A DNA stretch of 20,000 nt from an uncultured virus (IMG/VR IMGVR_UViG_3300025890_001884) (taxonomy: Duplodnaviria; Heunggongvirae; Uroviricota; Caudoviricetes). A program made the translations under genes and the position numbers. The stretch lies in IMG/VR virus record IMGVR_UViG_3300025890_001884; one strand, 5' to 3'. The notes under the pieces were generated by a model, which saw only the letters and a program-made list of their open reading frames with translations, had not been told where the DNA came from and searched no databases. Positions 16,582 through 20,000 of this stretch are shown here, piece after piece. Within the stretch, counting starts at the first letter, position 1; every line of letters begins with the position of its first letter.

Positions 16582-16606
16582 AAAAACTCTGAGAATCACC
16601 TCCAGT

Positions 16607-16762
16607 TTAAGTCCATTTACCGAGTGGACACTCAGCCCATCTAATTTTAGTTTTGAGGGGCATAAAACATTTACACACTTTGCAGTTTCTCCAGCGTTTT
16701 TCATATTCTGGACATCTCTCGCAGATTTTTATTCTTTCTGCGTGAGGAAGCTTTTTCTTCAC
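16607..16762 (-). CDS. 51-aa Cys-rich probable zinc-binding protein (DUF6171-like)
   Basis: Not in the track. GTGA-coupled start: MKKKLPHAERIKICERCPEYEKRWRNCKVCKCFMPLKTKIRWAECPLGKWT (CxxC...CxxCxC...CPxxKW). Confidence 0.8.
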   Translation of the reverse strand: MKKKLPHAERIKICERCPEYEKRWRNCKVCKCFMPLKTKIRWAECPLGKWT

Positions 16763-16953
16763 TTCAAAGTTTTGGGTAAAAAATTCTTTCTTTGTCTTTG
16801 CAAGTTCTTTTTGCGGGCTAGTAATCTTTTGATTCTACTTGCCATTGCAGGTACTTCTTCTGTTACGACTTCTCCTGTATTATCTTCAAAGCTTTCGACT
16901 GCTTTAGCCAAAGCTTCTTCCATCTTGCTTGTTTTATTCTTCGCCATTGACAT
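16759..16953 (-). CDS. Hypothetical 64-aa protein, acidic N-half and basic C-half
   Basis: In operon orientation and overlaps both neighbours. The start may be 16953 or 16947. Confidence 0.7.
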   Translation of the reverse strand: MSMAKNKTSKMEEALAKAVESFEDNTGEVVTEEVPAMASRIKRLLARKKNLQRQRKNFLPKTLK

Positions 16954-17116
16954 GTTCCATTGCTAGTTCTTCAGTAGCAAACATAAGTAAGACTCCTTTG
17001 GAATCTCTAAGTTTCCAAACTCCTCTTACACAATTTAATTCCCATCCTTCAGGTAGTTTATTACCTTTGGCTTTAGGTGATTTTGTTAAATCTTTCTTTT
17101 CGTATTTCATTTCCAT
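16934..17116 (-). CDS. Hypothetical 60-aa protein
   Basis: AGGA RBS. LPEGWEL...GVWKLRD suggests a small beta domain. Confidence 0.7.
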   Translation of the reverse strand: MEMKYEKKDLTKSPKAKGNKLPEGWELNCVRGVWKLRDSKGVLLMFATEELAMEHVNGEE

Positions 17117-17124
17117 AATTATTC

Positions 17125-17355
17125 CTAGTGCATTGTGATCATAGTAACCACTATGCCTGATAAGGTCACAAGTAAGAAACCTGTGAAACCTATTAAGATT
17201 GTCTCGATTCTGCCTGTCTGACTATCGATTCTATTAAATCTTGTCGCACTATCATTTTCGATATCTTCAATCTTGTTAAATATTGTTTTCCAACGCTCAG
17301 CACAAATAGCTTCATGTTTTGCTAATTCTGACGCTACTTGTTCTACTGAATCCAT
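17125..17355 (-). CDS. 76-aa coiled-coil protein with C-terminal transmembrane helix (XhlA/holin-like architecture)
   Basis: AAGGGG RBS before ATG 17355: MDSVEQVASELAKHEAICAERWKTIF...ILIGFTGFLLVTLSGIVVTMITMH. First gene after the promoter. Confidence 0.75.
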   Translation of the reverse strand: MDSVEQVASELAKHEAICAERWKTIFNKIEDIENDSATRFNRIDSQTGRIETILIGFTGFLLVTLSGIVVTMITMH

Positions 17356-17401
17356 ATATCCCCTTAAATTTCTTGTGGAAATATCCACATCTATAGTGAA
17401 A

Positions 17402-17440
17402 ATTATATCAAAATATCAACTTCTTGTCAAGTACTATTTT
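17402..17440 (-). promoter_or_regulatory. Consensus sigma70 promoter for the small-gene island and terL
   Basis: AAAATAGTAC-TTGACA(17430-17425)-17 bp-TATAAT(17407-17402), with extended -10 TG. Confidence 0.92.
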
Positions 17441-19224
17441 CGTATGGTATAGATTTTAACTGGTTCCGACTTGCCTTTGACAGTGACTTCGTCAAGAAAC
17501 TCGTAATCATTTTCACTACCTTTACTGTGCTCAGATATAATTAAGTCTACGTCATATTCTTTACAAGAGGATTCTAGTCTCGCTGCAAGATTTACAGAAT
17601 CTCCAAGAACACTATAATCAAAACGAGTACTAGAACCAAAGTTACCTACAACACATAGTCCTGTATTAATTCCAGCTCCTGTATGAATTTGGTCAAGTCC
17701 TTCTTCTTCAAGTTGTTTATTTAGTTCTGCTAGAGCTTCTCTCATCTCGAGTGCGGCTTTTATTGCGTTCTCTCTATGCCATATATCTTCGATTGGAGCT
17801 CCCCAGAAAGCCATAATGCAGTCTCCCATGTATTTATCTATTGTACCACCATGCTTAAGAATTATCTTAGTCTGATTGTCAAGAAAACGATTAATCAGAT
17901 TCGTAAGTCCTTGTGGATTTTTTTGATATTTTTCTGAAATCGGTGTAAATCCTCGGATATCCGAAAAAAGAAAAGTTAGTTGTTTCGTCGACCCACCCAA
18001 TCTCAGTAATGATGGGTCTTCCTGTAATTTTTTGACAAGGTCGGGGCTAACATACGTCCCAAATTGTTGTTTGATTCGAAGTTTCTGCAAATACTCTGTA
18101 ATGAAACTCTTGAAAGTTACAATACTCCAAAACAAAATGGAGATAATTACGACACCGCTAAGGTCAATCAAGTAAGAAGATTTATAAGCTGCCAGGACTC
18201 CGTAAATAGAGCCACCGATTACGATAATTATCATAGGTAGTGAGAAATAAACGCTTCTTGAAGCTAATAAAATCAGCAGTAGAGCCAAAACTGCAGCTCC
18301 CAGCTCTACTGTGACATTCCATGTCGGGATGGATGGTGATGTACCTTCAATAAGGTTATGTAATAGGTTAGCTTGTAACTCGTGAGGCATCATTGCACCT
18401 GCTGGAGTCGCTACTGGGTTGACAATTCCTTCTGCGGTAACACCAATGATGATAAATGGAGCATTAATTGGTGCTTCCATAAACTCTGATGCGGATTGTC
18501 TATAAAAATTAGTATTCCATTTAAGAAATATGCGTGAATAGGGGTCAGTTGTTATAGTTGGGTAGTTTGGTATTCTTACTGATTCGATTCCTGAGACTCC
18601 AGTACGTAATTGATACGATGGATCTCCAACTCCCACGCGTAAAAGTTCTAAAGCGAAGGATGGATATAGCTTATCTTGGACATTTACAACAAGAGGGACT
18701 CTTCTTGTGACTCCATCGAGCTCAGGGGTTGCTGTAACGATACCTGCGCCGGAACGAGTTAGTGATAAATTTCTCTCAGTACGTATTATGCCAGGATATT
18801 TAAACAACCATGGTGTAGGATCCTCTCCTAATTGTGCAGTTCCTACATGAGGACCGCCTTTCTCTGATTGTAAAGAGACTGCTGAAGCTAGAACAGTAGG
18901 TATATCGCTCATAGCAGAGGCCAGTTTGAAATCATTGGCTGGATTACGCAAGTCTGGGTCTGGCATCAACACTGTGATACCAGGCACAGCACTTGTTCTT
19001 TCTATAATAGATGCGTATAAGTCTCTCGGTAATGGATAACCTCCGTATGCTTCTACGATTTCTTCATCTAAGTCTACTATAAGAATATTCTCATTTTGTA
19101 CTGGCTCACCAGATGTTATGAGATAGTCAAATACTTTTAGTTCTAGTATTTGTAAAGGGCTAGGATTCCATATAAGGAGTCCTAAGAAAATGGACATAAG
19201 TCCTAAGTTGAATAATTTGTTCAT
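17434..19224 (-). CDS. CHASE2-domain membrane class III adenylate cyclase
   Basis: Likely ATGA-coupled start at 19224 (596 aa). N-terminal hydrophobic helix, CHASE2 motifs (ILIVDLDE, YPLPR, DGVTRRVPL, YPSFALEL, PHELQANLLHNL) and three TM helices. Catalytic domain has FSDIRGFT, DKYMGDCIMAFWG, GINTG and RFDYSVLGDSVNLAARLES. Confidence 0.93.
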   Translation of the reverse strand: MNKLFNLGLMSIFLGLLIWNPSPLQILELKVFDYLITSGEPVQNENILIVDLDEEIVEAYGGYPLPRDLYASIIERTSAVPGITVLMPDPDLRNPANDFKLASAMSDIPTVLASAVSLQSEKGGPHVGTAQLGEDPTPWLFKYPGIIRTERNLSLTRSGAGIVTATPELDGVTRRVPLVVNVQDKLYPSFALELLRVGVGDPSYQLRTGVSGIESVRIPNYPTITTDPYSRIFLKWNTNFYRQSASEFMEAPINAPFIIIGVTAEGIVNPVATPAGAMMPHELQANLLHNLIEGTSPSIPTWNVTVELGAAVLALLLILLASRSVYFSLPMIIIVIGGSIYGVLAAYKSSYLIDLSGVVIISILFWSIVTFKSFITEYLQKLRIKQQFGTYVSPDLVKKLQEDPSLLRLGGSTKQLTFLFSDIRGFTPISEKYQKNPQGLTNLINRFLDNQTKIILKHGGTIDKYMGDCIMAFWGAPIEDIWHRENAIKAALEMREALAELNKQLEEEGLDQIHTGAGINTGLCVVGNFGSSTRFDYSVLGDSVNLAARLESSCKEYDVDLIISEHSKGSENDYEFLDEVTVKGKSEPVKIYTIRK

Positions 19225-19394
19225 CCTAAAAATATATTGATAGTTGCGAAAGATAGTAACATAAATCCAAATACACATACTTGGACTATTGACATCCAAA
19301 AGATTTGTTTCATAGGATGTATATCTACTATTTTTTCTAGCATGCTTTCGCTAGGTGATAAGTTTACGACTTGTAAAAGTTTTTCTTGTTTCAT
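19221..19394 (-). CDS. 57-aa membrane protein coupled between curlin-repeat gene and cyclase
   Basis: ATGA overlaps at both ends: MKQEKLLQVVNLSPSES...IFWMSIVQVCVFGFMLLSFATINIFLG. Confidence 0.75.
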   Translation of the reverse strand: MKQEKLLQVVNLSPSESMLEKIVDIHPMKQIFWMSIVQVCVFGFMLLSFATINIFLG

Positions 19395-20000
19395 TGTTGT
19401 GTGATTGTTATTGTTTTTGTACATTCTGACGTACAGTTAAAAGTTGCAGTGTAAGATTGATTCGTAGCACCAGACTGTGTTACGTCTACCTCATACCCAG
19501 TTGTATAGAATTGCATATTTGCTACGTGAGCTCCTGCTCCATATTGTGTTAAGTCTACTTCATTATCAGAGTTGTAAAAGAATATGTCTGCATCTTTATT
19601 GCCAGTACCATATTGAGTTACCTTAGCCGTGTTATTGTGCGCACCACCATTTCCATAAATATAAGAATTATGTTGGCCAGTCCCATACTGATTAACAGTG
19701 ATATCAGAATCATCACCGAAAAAGAATATTTTGCTATATTTATTATTTCCTGTTTGAGTAGTTGAATAGACATTGTCGTCTCCTGAGCCTAAGGCTTCGG
19801 CATGATTGTCATTACCTGTTTGAGTAATAGTTACCGTATTATCGTCTTCGTCTTGGTCAATATAGGCATAGTTATCATTTCCGTCTATCGTTATAGTAGA
19901 GGAGTTTCCTATATTGTTTGACCATACAGTATACATTTTAACAGTATTACTATTACCTTCTACAGTACTGCTCCATACGGCATTTGTACAACTATGGGAA
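19391..20000 (-). CDS. Curlin-associated repeat protein, 5' end truncated by window edge
   Basis: The frame is open from the edge (SHSCTNAVWSSTVEGNSNTVKMYTVW...). Roughly 22-residue repeats of strand-QxGxxNxA type (ITQTGNDNHA, VNQYGTGQHNS, VTQYGTGNKDA, LTQYGAGAHVA, VTQSGATNQS), ending in a Cys pair NCTSECTKTITITQQ. Confidence 0.8.
   Translation of the reverse strand, partial: SHSCTNAVWSSTVEGNSNTVKMYTVWSNNIGNSSTITIDGNDNYAYIDQDEDDNTVTITQTGNDNHAEALGSGDDNVYSTTQTGNNKYSKIFFFGDDSDITVNQYGTGQHNSYIYGNGGAHNNTAKVTQYGTGNKDADIFFYNSDNEVDLTQYGAGAHVANMQFYTTGYEVDVTQSGATNQSYTATFNCTSECTKTITITQQ

Noticed and set aside
4532..16966. Other plus-strand ORFs (e.g. 5618-5953, 10551-10913, 15718-16173)
   Set aside because: All lie opposite better-supported minus-strand genes, and I saw no convincing plus-strand promoter.
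19391..20000. Possible CRISPR or DNA tandem repeat array
   Set aside because: The periodicity is at the protein level (curlin repeats); the nucleotide copies are degenerate.
1..20000. Alternative genetic code or stop-codon recoding
   Set aside because: Core genes are full length under the standard code, and TAA, TAG and TGA all act as stops at sensible gene ends.

Overview
AT-rich phage DNA with every credible gene on the minus strand. Bases 1-13163 hold a T5-like (Demerecviridae-type) siphovirus morphogenesis module. In transcription order it runs: terminase large subunit, HNH nicking endonuclease, portal, small decoration-like protein, an in-frame prohead protease-scaffold-major capsid ORF with an internal capsid start, head completion, enlarged tail completion, tail terminator, major tail protein, a -1 frameshifted tail chaperone pair, and a tape measure gene running off the left edge. 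Bases 13160-17430 are an accessory island of about 17 mostly tiny, often translationally coupled ORFs downstream of a consensus sigma70 promoter. It includes four extremely basic proteins (two look like the halves of a split DUF5872 flanking a 2OG-Fe(II) oxygenase), several membrane micro-proteins, a Cys-rich micro-protein, an EF-hand-like micro-protein and a long intergenic hairpin. Bases 17434-20000 carry a coupled trio: a curlin-repeat protein (runs off the right edge), a small membrane protein and an apparently intact CHASE2-transmembrane class III adenylate cyclase. Family assignments come from motif reading and recall of T5 and marine phage proteins; no database search was run. An aquatic or marine phage origin is an inference.
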